Assembly: GCA_964478235.1 (NCBI GenBank)
Contig: CAYZGX010000004.1
Span: forward strand, 4,320 to 68,319
Reading direction: 5' to 3'
Length of the DNA: 64,000 nucleotides
From: an uncultured Gammaproteobacteria bacterium
GTDB taxonomy: Bacteria; Patescibacteriota; Patescibacteriia; Magasanikbacterales; GWA2-37-8
In this document: in pieces, positions 1 to 8,375 of the stretch
Layout: every line of letters starts with the position of its first letter
How positions within the stretch are numbered: position 1 is the first letter of the stretch
Program-made: the position numbers and the translations under genes
The notes under the pieces: generated by a model
The model's database searches: none
The model's input: only the letters and a program-made list of their open reading frames with translations
Told to the model about the DNA's origin: nothing

Positions 1-275
1 GCCGACTCCTCAGCTGCCTCAACGATCGCTTCAGCATATTTCATTTTTATATTTCCCTTTTTTGCAGTGCGTCTGGTGGCACATGGCACCACCCCACCAT
101 CAAATACATCAATTCCAAGTGAGGCAAGCATCGGCATAAGCCCTGCTGAACGGATTGCTTTTGGACCACTGTCTGTTCCGATATTGTCTTTTCCTAGATC
201 GAGCGGAATATCAAAAATGGCCACCTGTTTAACTGTTGGTTTTTTTTCTAAAAATGAGAGGTTATCGAGAGTCAT
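1..275 (-). CDS. arginase/agmatinase/formiminoglutamase-family protein, N-terminal part (gene continues beyond left edge)
   Basis: Minus-strand ATG (complement of 273-275) opens an in-frame reading MTLDNLSFLEKKPTVKQVAIFDIPLDLGKDNIGTDSGPKAIRSAGL... that runs off the window. The DxPxDLG...GxxxGPxAIRxAGL N-terminus is typical of the arginase family. Hand translation; absent from the ORF track because it is truncated at the edge. Confidence 0.5.
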   Translation of the reverse strand, partial: MTLDNLSFLEKKPTVKQVAIFDIPLDLGKDNIGTDSGPKAIRSAGLMPMLASLGIDVFDGGVVPCATRRTAKKGNIKMKYAEAIVEAAEES

Positions 276-328
276 ACCGTATAAATAGTAAAACGATCGC
301 TTGTGGCGACCGTTTTAGTATATAGTGT

Positions 329-673
329 TTAGGCGGCTGGTGCAACGGTTTCTTTCGGAGCAGCAGCTTTTTTAGCTTCTGCAACTTGCGCATGGCGCTT
401 CTTGGAGAGGAAAACAGATTTCTGTTTCTTATCCTTGATAGCCCCGGCAGCAACGAGAAGGTTGTGGATAGTTGGGGAAGGTTGAGCACCTTTACCGATC
501 CAGTACATCACACGGTCGAGTTTTGGCTGAAAAGCGTTTTCTTTAGCGTGTGGATTAAATGTACCGAGAAGTTCGGTGTATTTGTCGTGGGTATCACGAG
601 CTTTTTCAGAGACAATCAAGCGGTAGGAAGCAAGCTTCTTTTTACCAACTCGTTGTAAACGAATCATTAACAT
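329..673 (-). CDS. rpsP: 30S ribosomal protein S16 with Lys/Ala/Pro-rich C-terminal tail
   Basis: MLMIRLQRVGKKKLASYRLIVSEKARDTHDKYTELLGTFNPH matches the S16 N-terminal signature. The tail AKKAAAPKETVAPAA is low-complexity. Confidence 0.85.
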   Translation of the reverse strand: MLMIRLQRVGKKKLASYRLIVSEKARDTHDKYTELLGTFNPHAKENAFQPKLDRVMYWIGKGAQPSPTIHNLLVAAGAIKDKKQKSVFLSKKRHAQVAEAKKAAAPKETVAPAA

Positions 674-754
674 AACGTTATATAAACAGTTTTAGATAAA
701 CTGTGACGAATTTGAGAGCCCGACTACTATAGTACATTCTGAGGGTTTTGTCAA

Positions 755-3700
755 CTATTCAGTGGTTTTATCCTCATACTGCTTCACATCTTCAATTTTG
801 ACACTGAGCAGCTTGGAAATACCATCGCCTTGCATGACAACGCCATAGAGGGCATTAGCTGCATGCATGGTGACACGATTGTGGGTGACGATAATAAACT
901 GTGAATGGGTCGCGAGCTCGCCCATAATCTTCACAAACTTCATCGTATTGCTTTCATCAAGAGCTGCTTCTACTTCATCAAGCACTACAAACGGTGAAGG
1001 GTTGTTGAAAAGAATCGCGCAAATAAGGGCAATGGAAGTGAGGGTACGCTCACCACCCGAGAGCATGTTGAGATATTTAACTTTTTTACCTGGCGGGTTG
1101 GCGATAACTTCGATACCGGTCAAAATCTTTTCTTTTTTCTTTTGAAGCGCTGCGTCTTCATCAGATACTTCCGCTGGAGCCACAGTGCCATCAGGTAACA
1201 CAACTTCTTCGGCTGGCGGCTCGCCATAAATCTCTTCGAGCTCAGCTGTGCCACCACCAAATAAAATCTTGAAGTAACGATCAAAATCTTTGCGAATTTT
1301 TTTGAACGCAGTGGCTCGGCGTTTTTTCATGAGTTCATCCAGCTCGGCGATAAGGGTGTTCAAATCTCCTGTCGCTTTGCGCAAATCGGTAAGCTGACCG
1401 GTGAGGAAATCGTAGCGCTCTTTGGTTTCTTTATGTTCACGCACCACCTCTTCGTCAATACCGCCAATGAGGCTCAGCTGGAATTTTAATTTTTCAATAT
1501 CTCCCGCAAGCACCGTCAACTGCTCAAGCGGAACAGCTGTCACCCCGCGCTTAATAATTGAGTCAAGCGATACTTTCATATCGTTCATCACTTCTTGCGC
1601 CAAATCTTCTTGTTTGGTTTCAAGCTTGGCTAGCTCGATACGCAGATCATTGCGGCGGTTCAAAATCGCATTCACCGCTTCTTGTTTTTTCTGCATGTCG
1701 CTTTGGAGCGCAAAGACACGCTGTTTTTTCTCTTCTTCAGCTCGATTATAGTTTTCAATTTCTTCGGCAACTTTGTTTACCAAAGCATCGCCTGTGGCGC
1801 GAGCAGTTTCAAGCTCATCTTTTTGAACAGCTAATTTCTTGAGCTGGTCACCATATTCTTCGGGGCTGGCTTTGATAAGCGACAGCTCATGCTCCAACCG
1901 AGCGAGCTCGCGTTCGTTATTTTTATATTCAATTTCAATCATCTCCGCTTGTGACGCAGTTGTTCTTGAGTGAATTGTTGCCTCAAGGAGTTTACTCTTG
2001 GCAGCTTCAATCTGGCGCTCAAGGTCGGCGAGATTGTGTGTTTCGAGCGTCACTGCCGCCTGCATATCGGCGGTATGATCCTCACTACTCAAAGACAACT
2101 TAGAAGAAAAGCCAACCGAACTGCGACGGTTGCGGAAACCGCCACGCATAATACCTTTTTGTTCTACTAAATCGCCATCAAGCGTCACCATGCGAGCCCG
2201 GCCAATACCAAGACGTTCTGCGACTTTCAAATCTTTAACCACCACGGTACTGCCAAACATCATGGAAAAAATGTTGGCAAATTTGGTATCAAAACGAACC
2301 AGGTCAATCGCTTTGCCAAGCACCCCTGCTTCGCCAAGTAAACTTTCTTCATTACCGTAGCTGGCGCGCGCCTGAATTTTATTGAGAGGCAAAAAAGTAG
2401 CGACACCAAATCTGTTCTCGCGCAGATAGTCAATTGCTAAACGAGCGACACTTTCATTTTCAACAACTAAAGAAGAGAGGTGCGAGCCGGCAGCCACTTC
2501 GAGCGCCAAGCGATACTCTTCATCAACTTCACCGAGTTCAGCGACCAATCCATGGACTTTACCAAATTTATTTTTGGCTTCAAGCACTGCTTTCACCGCC
2601 GTCAGACCAGAATATTCGCGATAACTCTGCTCAGACTGGTTTTTCATCATTTCGCTTTGCAGGCGAGAAATTTTGAGGCGGAGCTGGGTAGCGTCAACGC
2701 TTAGTTTTTCGGATTGTTTTTTATGTGTTTCCGCTTCTTCACGGCGACGAGAGGCGTCAGCTTCGGCGGTTTTGAGGCGATGGGTAATCTCCCCTTCTTT
2801 GTTTTTGAGCTCGGTCACCTTGCCTTCGAGCCAGCCAACATTTTGTTGCCCAGCTTGGCTGTATTCGGTGTGCATCTGCCCTTCGAGGATAGCCAGCTGA
2901 CGTTCTAAATCATTTTTGGCATGCACTGCTTCTTGGTAGCGAGCTTGGAGCGCATCAAAGACTTCTTGGCGGGTAGAGCCTCGAGCGAGTTCGGCCAATT
3001 CTTCTTGGATTTTTTCTAACAATGTAAAAGTTTCACGATATTCCCCTTCTACAACAGTGAGCTGATGCGTCAGATGATCGACTTCTGCTTTATTGCGACT
3101 ATAGATTGTACTGTAATATTGCTCTTGGGCGCCATGTAGTTCGGCTTCTACTTCTTGGCGTTGCTCCAGCTTGTGCACTTGTTTAGCGAGCATTTTGAGA
3201 CGCGGTTCAACTTCAGCGAGTAACGTCTCCGCCTGCTTCATATTATCTTCGGTGCGGGCGAGTTTGAGCGAAGCTTGATGTTGTTTAATTTGATGTTCTT
3301 TAATACCTGAGGCTTCATCAAAAAAATCTTTGCGCTCCGACGGCGACACGGTGAGGAGGCGATCAATCATGCCTTGACTCACAATGCTATACGCTCCCTC
3401 GGCAAATTTAGCCTTGGCCAACAAGAGATGAATATCGAGCAAACGAGCTGGATTGTTATTAACAATATATTCACTCTCCCCCGAGCGATACAATCGGCGG
3501 GTGATAACAATTTCCGGAGCATCAATGCCAGTGTCCACACCGGTGTTATCGAGCACCATAGTGACCTCGGCAGCGCTGAGCGCCCCTTTGGTTTCGGAGC
3601 CATTAAAAATAACATCCTCACTCTTTTTAGCGCGAACATGTTTCATACTCTGCTCACCCATCACCCAGCGAATCGCATCAGTGACGTTGGATTTACCAGA

Positions 3701-3820
3701 GCCATTTGGCCCCACAATACCAGTAACACTAAAAAATCCGTCCTTAGGCGGAAGGAAGTCGAGGATGGTTTTACTGGCGAAGGATTTAAAACCTTGAATT
3801 TCAAGTCGTTTCAGGTACAT
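755..3820 (-). CDS. smc: chromosome segregation protein SMC
   Basis: 1021 aa. N-terminal Walker A (GPNGSGKSN), long coiled-coil arms, hinge, and a C-terminal ABC signature/Walker B (LSGGERTLTSIALICAILFNNPSPFVVLDEVEAALD). Confidence 0.95.
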   Translation of the reverse strand: MYLKRLEIQGFKSFASKTILDFLPPKDGFFSVTGIVGPNGSGKSNVTDAIRWVMGEQSMKHVRAKKSEDVIFNGSETKGALSAAEVTMVLDNTGVDTGIDAPEIVITRRLYRSGESEYIVNNNPARLLDIHLLLAKAKFAEGAYSIVSQGMIDRLLTVSPSERKDFFDEASGIKEHQIKQHQASLKLARTEDNMKQAETLLAEVEPRLKMLAKQVHKLEQRQEVEAELHGAQEQYYSTIYSRNKAEVDHLTHQLTVVEGEYRETFTLLEKIQEELAELARGSTRQEVFDALQARYQEAVHAKNDLERQLAILEGQMHTEYSQAGQQNVGWLEGKVTELKNKEGEITHRLKTAEADASRRREEAETHKKQSEKLSVDATQLRLKISRLQSEMMKNQSEQSYREYSGLTAVKAVLEAKNKFGKVHGLVAELGEVDEEYRLALEVAAGSHLSSLVVENESVARLAIDYLRENRFGVATFLPLNKIQARASYGNEESLLGEAGVLGKAIDLVRFDTKFANIFSMMFGSTVVVKDLKVAERLGIGRARMVTLDGDLVEQKGIMRGGFRNRRSSVGFSSKLSLSSEDHTADMQAAVTLETHNLADLERQIEAAKSKLLEATIHSRTTASQAEMIEIEYKNNERELARLEHELSLIKASPEEYGDQLKKLAVQKDELETARATGDALVNKVAEEIENYNRAEEEKKQRVFALQSDMQKKQEAVNAILNRRNDLRIELAKLETKQEDLAQEVMNDMKVSLDSIIKRGVTAVPLEQLTVLAGDIEKLKFQLSLIGGIDEEVVREHKETKERYDFLTGQLTDLRKATGDLNTLIAELDELMKKRRATAFKKIRKDFDRYFKILFGGGTAELEEIYGEPPAEEVVLPDGTVAPAEVSDEDAALQKKKEKILTGIEVIANPPGKKVKYLNMLSGGERTLTSIALICAILFNNPSPFVVLDEVEAALDESNTMKFVKIMGELATHSQFIIVTHNRVTMHAANALYGVVMQGDGISKLLSVKIEDVKQYEDKTTE

Positions 3821-3890
3821 ACGTCATTAGTCAGAAAAGTATACCATAAGGCCTTTATCCCCCACAAGATAGTTTGGCCACGAAAGAACC

Positions 3891-3919
3891 TTGACAAAAG
3901 CGATATCTATGGGTATACT
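3891..3919 (+). promoter_or_regulatory. near-consensus sigma70 promoter facing GC-rich islet 1
   Basis: TTGACA (3891-3896), 17 bp spacer, TATACT (3914-3919). Lies in the divergent region between smc (minus) and the 4053 ORF (plus). Confidence 0.5.
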
Positions 3920-3945
3920 GAAGCGTTGTTCTTTTTATTTCTCCC

Positions 3946-4027
3946 TATAGTACTCGGGGAAGAAGGCATTTGAAACGAGTTTCAAGAATCTTCTCCCCTG
4001 AGTACACCCACCCAGCCTATCTAGGGG
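3946..4027 (+). promoter_or_regulatory. structured leader: 16-bp imperfect inverted repeat hairpin plus a second short hairpin ahead of the RBS
   Basis: gtactcggggaagaag...cttctcccctgagtac (14 of 16 bp complementary) encloses the palindrome ttgaaacgagtttcaa. It is followed by cctatctaggggatagg and then GGAGGcacgaccATG. Confidence 0.4.
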
Positions 4028-4052
4028 ATAGGCATTTCGCGGAGGCACGACC

Positions 4053-4373
4053 ATGGCACGGATCGTTTTTCACGACTGCGGTATTCACGTTTCGCTCGAG
4101 ATCGCCGGTCAGAAGGGCAAGCGTGTGGAGGCGCTTCGCATCTTCGTCCAGGACGAGATCGACAAGCACTACCGCTTGGGCGACATCAGCCCGGCGGAAA
4201 AGAAGGCCCTCCTCGAGGAGGCCAAGACGCACTCCAAGCTCTTCGACACGGAGGAGGAGATGATGAACGCGCTCATCGAGAGCCACCCGAAGCTCGCCAA
4301 CATCCTGAAGGCGGCGAGCGTGCTCGGATACAAGTCGGCCGTCCTCATCGCGATGCCCCACGCCGAGGCTTAG
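4053..4373 (+). CDS. hypothetical small protein (GC-rich islet 1, paralog A)
   Basis: 106 aa. GGAGG lies 7 nt upstream of the ATG. Natural amino-acid composition (K, E, I rich) in contrast to the antisense frame. Shares an ...THSKLFDTEEEMMNALIES... motif with the next ORF. Confidence 0.55.
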   Translation: MARIVFHDCGIHVSLEIAGQKGKRVEALRIFVQDEIDKHYRLGDISPAEKKALLEEAKTHSKLFDTEEEMMNALIESHPKLANILKAASVLGYKSAVLIAMPHAEA

Positions 4374-4403
4374 CCCCCACCACCACGAACCGGAGCACCT
4401 GAG

Positions 4404-4787
4404 ATGCTGGAAATTTGCGAAACGTGCAAGCTGCACCTTGAGCTCACTCTGCCAACTGGCGGAGTCGACCGACATCCACTGCTCGCCACGCGCGGAGCGG
4501 TGCACCGTCGAATCGACGAGCTTGAGCGGCACGAAATCATCACGGTCGTGGAGGCGACCCTGATGCGCGAAGAAGCGGACACCCACCCCAGTCTGTTCGA
4601 CGACATGAACGAACTCTGCGAATCGTTCGGTCTGAACGAGCAGACCGTGGAGGGGATCAAGTCCATCGTCCGAAACAGCCATCGCCATCTCGGCAACGCG
4701 CCCGTCGTCATCGACTACAGCCCCGGACGCCGACTCCACATCGCCGTCGAGCGCCACCGCACCAGCAGGGTCGCCGAGGCCACCTAG
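4404..4787 (+). CDS. hypothetical small protein (GC-rich islet 1, paralog B)
   Basis: 127 aa, tandem to the previous ORF with a 30-nt gap. Its motif ...THPSLFDDMNELCESFG... resembles the one in paralog A. No recognisable domain. Confidence 0.5.
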   Translation: MLEICETCKLHLELTLPTGGVDRHPLLATRGAVHRRIDELERHEIITVVEATLMREEADTHPSLFDDMNELCESFGLNEQTVEGIKSIVRNSHRHLGNAPVVIDYSPGRRLHIAVERHRTSRVAEAT

Positions 4788-4866
4788 GGAGAAACTACAC
4801 GGTCACTAACCCGGCAAGCCCGACCACCTTGCCCGGCACTCACCCGACCGCTTCGGGTGACACACT

Positions 4867-4900
4867 AAAACAGCTTTTTTGAAGGCTGTTTTTTGTTTTT
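4867..4900 (+). terminator. intrinsic terminator closing islet 1
   Basis: aaaacagc / gctgtttt stem followed by a T-run (ttttttgttttt). Confidence 0.55.
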
Positions 4901-4962
4901 AGACTTTAATAAAATTTTATCTCTCCCCTGCTAAACTGTAGTTTGACGACCCGCTCGTCACT

Positions 4963-5349
4963 TTGTATACTAACCATACTATGTATATGGTAACCAAAAA
5001 AGAAAATCCAACGAATCAGGATATCCTGACCGCTATTAACGACTTTGCGAATTATGTCCAAGGGCGTTTTGACGATATCGAGGCTCGGTTTGAAGGCGTT
5101 GACGCTCGGTTTGATGGTATCGGCGGTCGATTTGAAGGTATTGAACAGCGTCTTGATAGAGTCGAAGCGACGATGGTTACCAAAGACTATCTCGATGAAA
5201 AGCTTGCTGACTTGCGCGGAGATTTAGTGGTTTTGGTTCGCAAAGAAGATGCCAAGCTCACCAAACTTATTGACCTCTTGTCCGATAAAAAAGTCCTAAG
5301 CTCCAAAGAACGCGCGGAGCTCACTCACATGGAGCCTTTTACTCGTTAA
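4963..5349 (+). CDS. hypothetical coiled-coil protein with heptad (21-bp) repeats
   Basis: 128 aa. Contains RFDDIEA RFEGVDA RFDGIGG RFEGIEQ RLDRVEA. An alternative start at 4981 is possible. Confidence 0.55.
   Translation: MYTNHTMYMVTKKENPTNQDILTAINDFANYVQGRFDDIEARFEGVDARFDGIGGRFEGIEQRLDRVEATMVTKDYLDEKLADLRGDLVVLVRKEDAKLTKLIDLLSDKKVLSSKERAELTHMEPFTR
5065..5169 (+). repeat. 5 x 21-bp tandem periodic repeat inside the CDS
   Basis: cgttttgacgatatcgaggct / cggtttgaaggcgttgacgct / cggtttgatggtatcggcggt / cgatttgaaggtattgaacag / cgtcttgatagagtcgaagcg. Confidence 0.8.
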
Positions 5350-5363
5350 TACCTGCGCTTATT

Positions 5364-5392
5364 AAAACAGCTCCACTCGGGCTGTTTTTTAT
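5364..5392 (+). terminator. intrinsic terminator
   Basis: aaaacagc...gctgtttttt, a hairpin followed by a T-run. Confidence 0.55.
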
Positions 5393-5408
5393 TATCGACC
5401 CGCCATTC

Positions 5409-5437
5409 TTGACAATCCCCGCTTTTCTCGGTACTAT
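5409..5437 (+). promoter_or_regulatory. sigma70 promoter of nrnA
   Basis: TTGACA (5409-5414), 17 bp spacer, TACTAT (5432-5437), 12 nt before the ATG. Confidence 0.5.
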
Positions 5438-5449
5438 GTCTCGTTCCCT

Positions 5450-6406
5450 ATGCAACATACTGCTTATCAAATTCACCGCCATATTCAGCAAGCGAAAAAA
5501 GTGATGATCGTCCCCCACCAGAATCCTGATGGCGATGCGATTGGCGCCGCTACCGCTTTTCATGAATACCTCACCACGCTCGGCAAAGAGATTATTATTT
5601 TTTGCGCCACTTCAGTGACTGAGAAATTATTGTTTGTTCCGAATAGCACCAAAGTTGTTACTGATCCAACTGTCTTCAACGACCACACTATTGATACGAT
5701 CGTCGTCCTTGATTCTGGGGATTTGCGCTACGCTGGCATCGCTGAACTCGTCAAAAACCATCCAGCGACGATTATCAACATCGACCACCACGCCACTAAC
5801 GAACACTATGGCACGTACAATCTGGTTTTGACGTCAGCCGCTTCTACCACCGAAATCTTGTATCATTTTTTCCGTCACAACGGTGTGCGTGTCAACCAAC
5901 ACATGGCCACCTCTCTTTTGACCGGCCTCACCACCGACACCGGCAACTTTAGTAACGGCGCCACCTCTATGTCAGCTTTTTCTGTCGGTGGTGAGCTTAT
6001 CCGCTCGGGTGGTAATTACAACCTGATTAACAATGCCACTCTGCGCAATAAATCTGTCGACACCTTGAAGCTCTGGGGCAAAGTATTGTCGCGCCTCGAA
6101 AAAGATGAACGCCTCGGCCTTACCCACACCTATCTCACCCAAGCAGATATGCGTGAATACAATGTACCGGATAATGAAAGTGAAGGGATTGCTAATTTCT
6201 TGAATAATTTAGAAAATACCAATATCGCTTTGATTCTCAAAGAAACACCTGACGGTAAAATCAAAGGTAGTTTCCGCACCACCAAAGATACTATCGATGT
6301 CTCAGCCATGGCGAAAGCCCTTGGTGGCGGTGGTCACAAAAAAGCTGCCGGCTTTGCTTGCGAAGGCACTATTGAAAGCGTGCTTGCTCGCATCTTGGCA
6401 ATGTAA
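5450..6406 (+). CDS. nrnA: DHH/DHHA1 phosphoesterase, NrnA-type oligoribonuclease/pAp phosphatase
   Basis: Motifs HQNPDGDAIGA, DHH (IDHH) and the DHHA1 GGGGHKKAAGF. Confidence 0.85.
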   Translation: MQHTAYQIHRHIQQAKKVMIVPHQNPDGDAIGAATAFHEYLTTLGKEIIIFCATSVTEKLLFVPNSTKVVTDPTVFNDHTIDTIVVLDSGDLRYAGIAELVKNHPATIINIDHHATNEHYGTYNLVLTSAASTTEILYHFFRHNGVRVNQHMATSLLTGLTTDTGNFSNGATSMSAFSVGGELIRSGGNYNLINNATLRNKSVDTLKLWGKVLSRLEKDERLGLTHTYLTQADMREYNVPDNESEGIANFLNNLENTNIALILKETPDGKIKGSFRTTKDTIDVSAMAKALGGGGHKKAAGFACEGTIESVLARILAM

Positions 6407-6447
6407 ATTGACAACCTCGTGTAGCTTGTATATTATTAGAAAACCTT

Positions 6448-6519
6448 TCCGGGATAGTTGAGAGGTACAACGCCACGCTGTTAACGTGGATATCCTTGGT
6501 TCGATTCCAAGTCCCGGAG
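6448..6519 (+). tRNA. tRNA-Asn (anticodon GTT)
   Basis: Acceptor TCCGGGA/TCCCGGA, D-arm GTTG/CAAC, anticodon arm CCACG-CTGTTAA-CGTGG, T-arm CTTGG-TTCGATT-CCAAG. CCA is not encoded. Folded by hand. Confidence 0.85.
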
Positions 6520-6524
6520 CTAAT

Positions 6525-6565
6525 ACATAAGACGACCTATAAAGGTCGTCTTATGTATTATTTTT
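6525..6565 (+). terminator. intrinsic terminator after tRNA-Asn
   Basis: ataagacgacc / ggtcgtcttat hairpin followed by a T-run. Confidence 0.7.
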
Positions 6566-6728
6566 GAGTTTGGAACCGAACGAAAGACGCGCCAGAAAGA
6601 AGTCAGGTTTTTCTCTTATTAATTGACGCCCCACCCTATAGGGAGTACAGTACCTATCCAGCAGTTATTCAACTGTACAACCCATTGGTTCGTGCACATT
6701 CCCATGGTCTACAGATAGCACTATCCAT

Positions 6729-6806
6729 ATGACAGAAGAAAAACCAGCTGCCCCAGCTCCAGCACCGACTGTTCCAGAGAAGAAGGATGAACCGAAGAAA
6801 GTCTAG
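6729..6806 (+). CDS. possible 25-aa peptide (MTEEKPAAPAPAPTVPEKKDEPKKV) in a stand-alone mini transcription unit
   Basis: A candidate promoter TTGACG (6611) ...TACAGT sits upstream. The ORF is followed by the terminator cagacctcaccagggtctgttttt. No SD is evident. Confidence 0.25.
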   Translation: MTEEKPAAPAPAPTVPEKKDEPKKV

Positions 6807-6825
6807 TTTCCGCCAGATCGCCAAA

Positions 6826-6855
6826 CAGACCTCACCAGGGTCTGTTTTTGTTTTG
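6826..6855 (+). terminator. intrinsic terminator
   Basis: cagaccc-type stem (cagacc tcacca gggtctg) followed by tttttgtttt. Confidence 0.55.
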
Positions 6856-6921
6856 AGCGGTCGCTTGACACCCCTTCTTTGGCCGTGGGATACTAAACCG
6901 TACTAACATAACCTATTATGT

Positions 6922-7272
6922 ATGCCTGAAACACGACGCCGCGAAACTTCATCAGAAGATTTCCCAACACTCGCTATCACCAAAGGCTTGGTATCTGAAC
7001 AAGCCCAAAGTCTCAGTCGCGACCTCATTTTGGCTATCCAAAAAACTGCCGCTGAGTTTCGTGTCGCTGAAGATTCCGAGAAAAGCCAAGCTTCTTTCCG
7101 CAAGGCCTACGAAGTTCTCCAAAAATTACCAGACATTGATTTTGGCACTTTGTCCGCTATCGACTGTGGTGTTAGTGAACGTGATTTTACTATCTTCAAA
7201 AAACTTCTCCTCCGTCGCTTGGAGCATGGCAACATCGCTACTCTTGGCGCTATTGAATCGCTCGACGAATAA
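6922..7272 (+). CDS. hypothetical protein, apparently co-transcribed with clpP
   Basis: 116 aa, no recognisable domain. A candidate promoter TTGACA (6862) +17 GATACT lies upstream. The gene ends 14 nt before clpP. Confidence 0.5.
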   Translation: MPETRRRETSSEDFPTLAITKGLVSEQAQSLSRDLILAIQKTAAEFRVAEDSEKSQASFRKAYEVLQKLPDIDFGTLSAIDCGVSERDFTIFKKLLLRRLEHGNIATLGAIESLDE

Positions 7273-7286
7273 TCTAACCTTACCCT

Positions 7287-7898
7287 ATGAACAAACCAGC
7301 TCCGGTGACCTCTTTGTATTCCAACTATCTCATCCCGACAGTTATTGAAAAAACGAATATGGGTGAGCGCGCCTACGATATCTATTCGCGCCTGCTCCAA
7401 GACAGAATTATTTTCCTTGGCAGTGAAATTGATGACAACGTCGCAAACGTGATTATCGCCCAACTCCTCTTCCTTGAAAACCAAAGCCCAGAAAAAGATA
7501 TTAAATTGTATATTAATTCTCCAGGCGGATCGGTGACTGCTGGCCTCGCTATCTACGACACCATGCAACATATCAAAGCTGATGTCAGCACTATCTGTGT
7601 TGGCTTGGCGGCGAGTATGGCCGCGGTACTTCTCTCGGCTGGCAAAAAAGGTAAACGCTTCGCCTTGCCGAATAGTGAAATTATGATCCACCAAGTCATG
7701 GGTGGTATGGAGGGCCAAGCAAGCGACATCAAAATCCGCGCTGAGCGGATGCTTCGGATGAAAGAGCGTCTTAACAAGATTCTCGCCGACACCACCGGCA
7801 AAGATATTAAAGCCGTGGAAAAAGACACTGACCGCGACAACTTTATGCTCCCAACTGAGGCTCTCAAATACGGCCTAATCGATAAAGTAATCGACTAA
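7287..7898 (+). CDS. clpP: ATP-dependent Clp protease proteolytic subunit
   Basis: Classic ClpP motifs [21 protein letters not shown]...[14 protein letters not shown]...MIHQ. Confidence 0.93.
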   Translation: MNKPAPVTSLYSNYLIPTVIEKTNMGERAYDIYSRLLQDRIIFLGSEIDDNVANVIIAQLLFLENQSPEKDIKLYINSPGGSVTAGLAIYDTMQHIKADVSTICVGLAASMAAVLLSAGKKGKRFALPNSEIMIHQVMGGMEGQASDIKIRAERMLRMKERLNKILADTTGKDIKAVEKDTDRDNFMLPTEALKYGLIDKVID

Positions 7899-7907
7899 AA
7901 CACACGC

Positions 7908-7950
7908 TCACAGCCTACCCGCCCTGCCCTGGGGCGGGTTTGTTTTATTT
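7908..7950 (+). terminator. intrinsic terminator after clpP
   Basis: cccgccc tgccctg gggcggg followed by tttgttttatttt. Confidence 0.65.
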
Positions 7951-7993
7951 TGGCTAATATAAGCCATTTTATCTCTTTTTCAGCTATACGGGC

Positions 7994-8022
7994 TTGACAA
8001 CAGGAGCTATCTGTGCTATACT
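7994..8022 (+). promoter_or_regulatory. near-perfect sigma70 promoter with extended -10
   Basis: TTGACA (7994-7999), 17 bp spacer, tgcTATACT (8014-8022). Confidence 0.6.
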
Positions 8023-8027
8023 TGACC

Positions 8028-8367
8028 GTTACCTGCTAAACACAGGTTTCCAGTACCAGATTTGGACGCACCGTCGAGACTATTCACACGGATCTCCCTG
8101 AAGTACTGTTTACAACCGACTATACCCTAACACTCCGGATGCAGTTTGAAAATGGATTTGGGGAAATGCTTGTTTCTCGGCTCCGTGCTGACGAAATAAG
8201 TATCTCCCCGCGTCCACGACAAGCATGGAGATGTGTTATTGGGTAGACTGGCTTCGCGCTGGGCTCTACTTCTGTAACACATCTTCTTGGGTGCGGTTTC
8301 GGTCACTTCTGTGACCACAAATGCAAAACTCCCTCGTACCAGCAATGGTGCGAGGGAGATTTTTTTT
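8028..8367 (+). ncRNA. candidate structured small RNA of about 340 nt (family unassigned)
   Basis: Runs from a consensus promoter to a strong terminator with no ORF longer than 16 codons. Hand-found hairpins: acctg-ctaaaca-caggt, tatctcc...ggagat, gatgtgtta...taacacatc (9 bp) and ggtcac-ttct-gtgacc. Confidence 0.4.
8329..8367 (+). terminator. strong intrinsic terminator (ctccctcg-N14-cgagggag followed by T8)
   Basis: An 8-bp GC-rich stem followed by attttttttcg. Its reverse complement could also close the minus-strand gene ending at 8376. Confidence 0.7.
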
Positions 8368-8375
8368 CGTTTGGT

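Noticed and set aside
4017-4757. 246-aa minus-strand ORF spanning GC-rich islet 1
   Set aside because: Its Arg/Leu/Val/Asp-heavy composition is typical of an antisense read through high-GC coding sequence. The two plus-strand ORFs have an SD, a promoter, a terminator and natural composition.
8205-8240. 10-mer GTCCACGACA resembling the RNase P RNA P4 3' strand inside the sRNA candidate
   Set aside because: The only complementary partner lies 35 nt away, giving a local hairpin rather than a long-range P4 pairing. The universal GGAAAGUCCGGGCUCC and AGGGUGAAA...GGUGCGGUAAGAGCGCACC motifs are absent. I treated it as a chance match and kept it only as something to test with Infernal.
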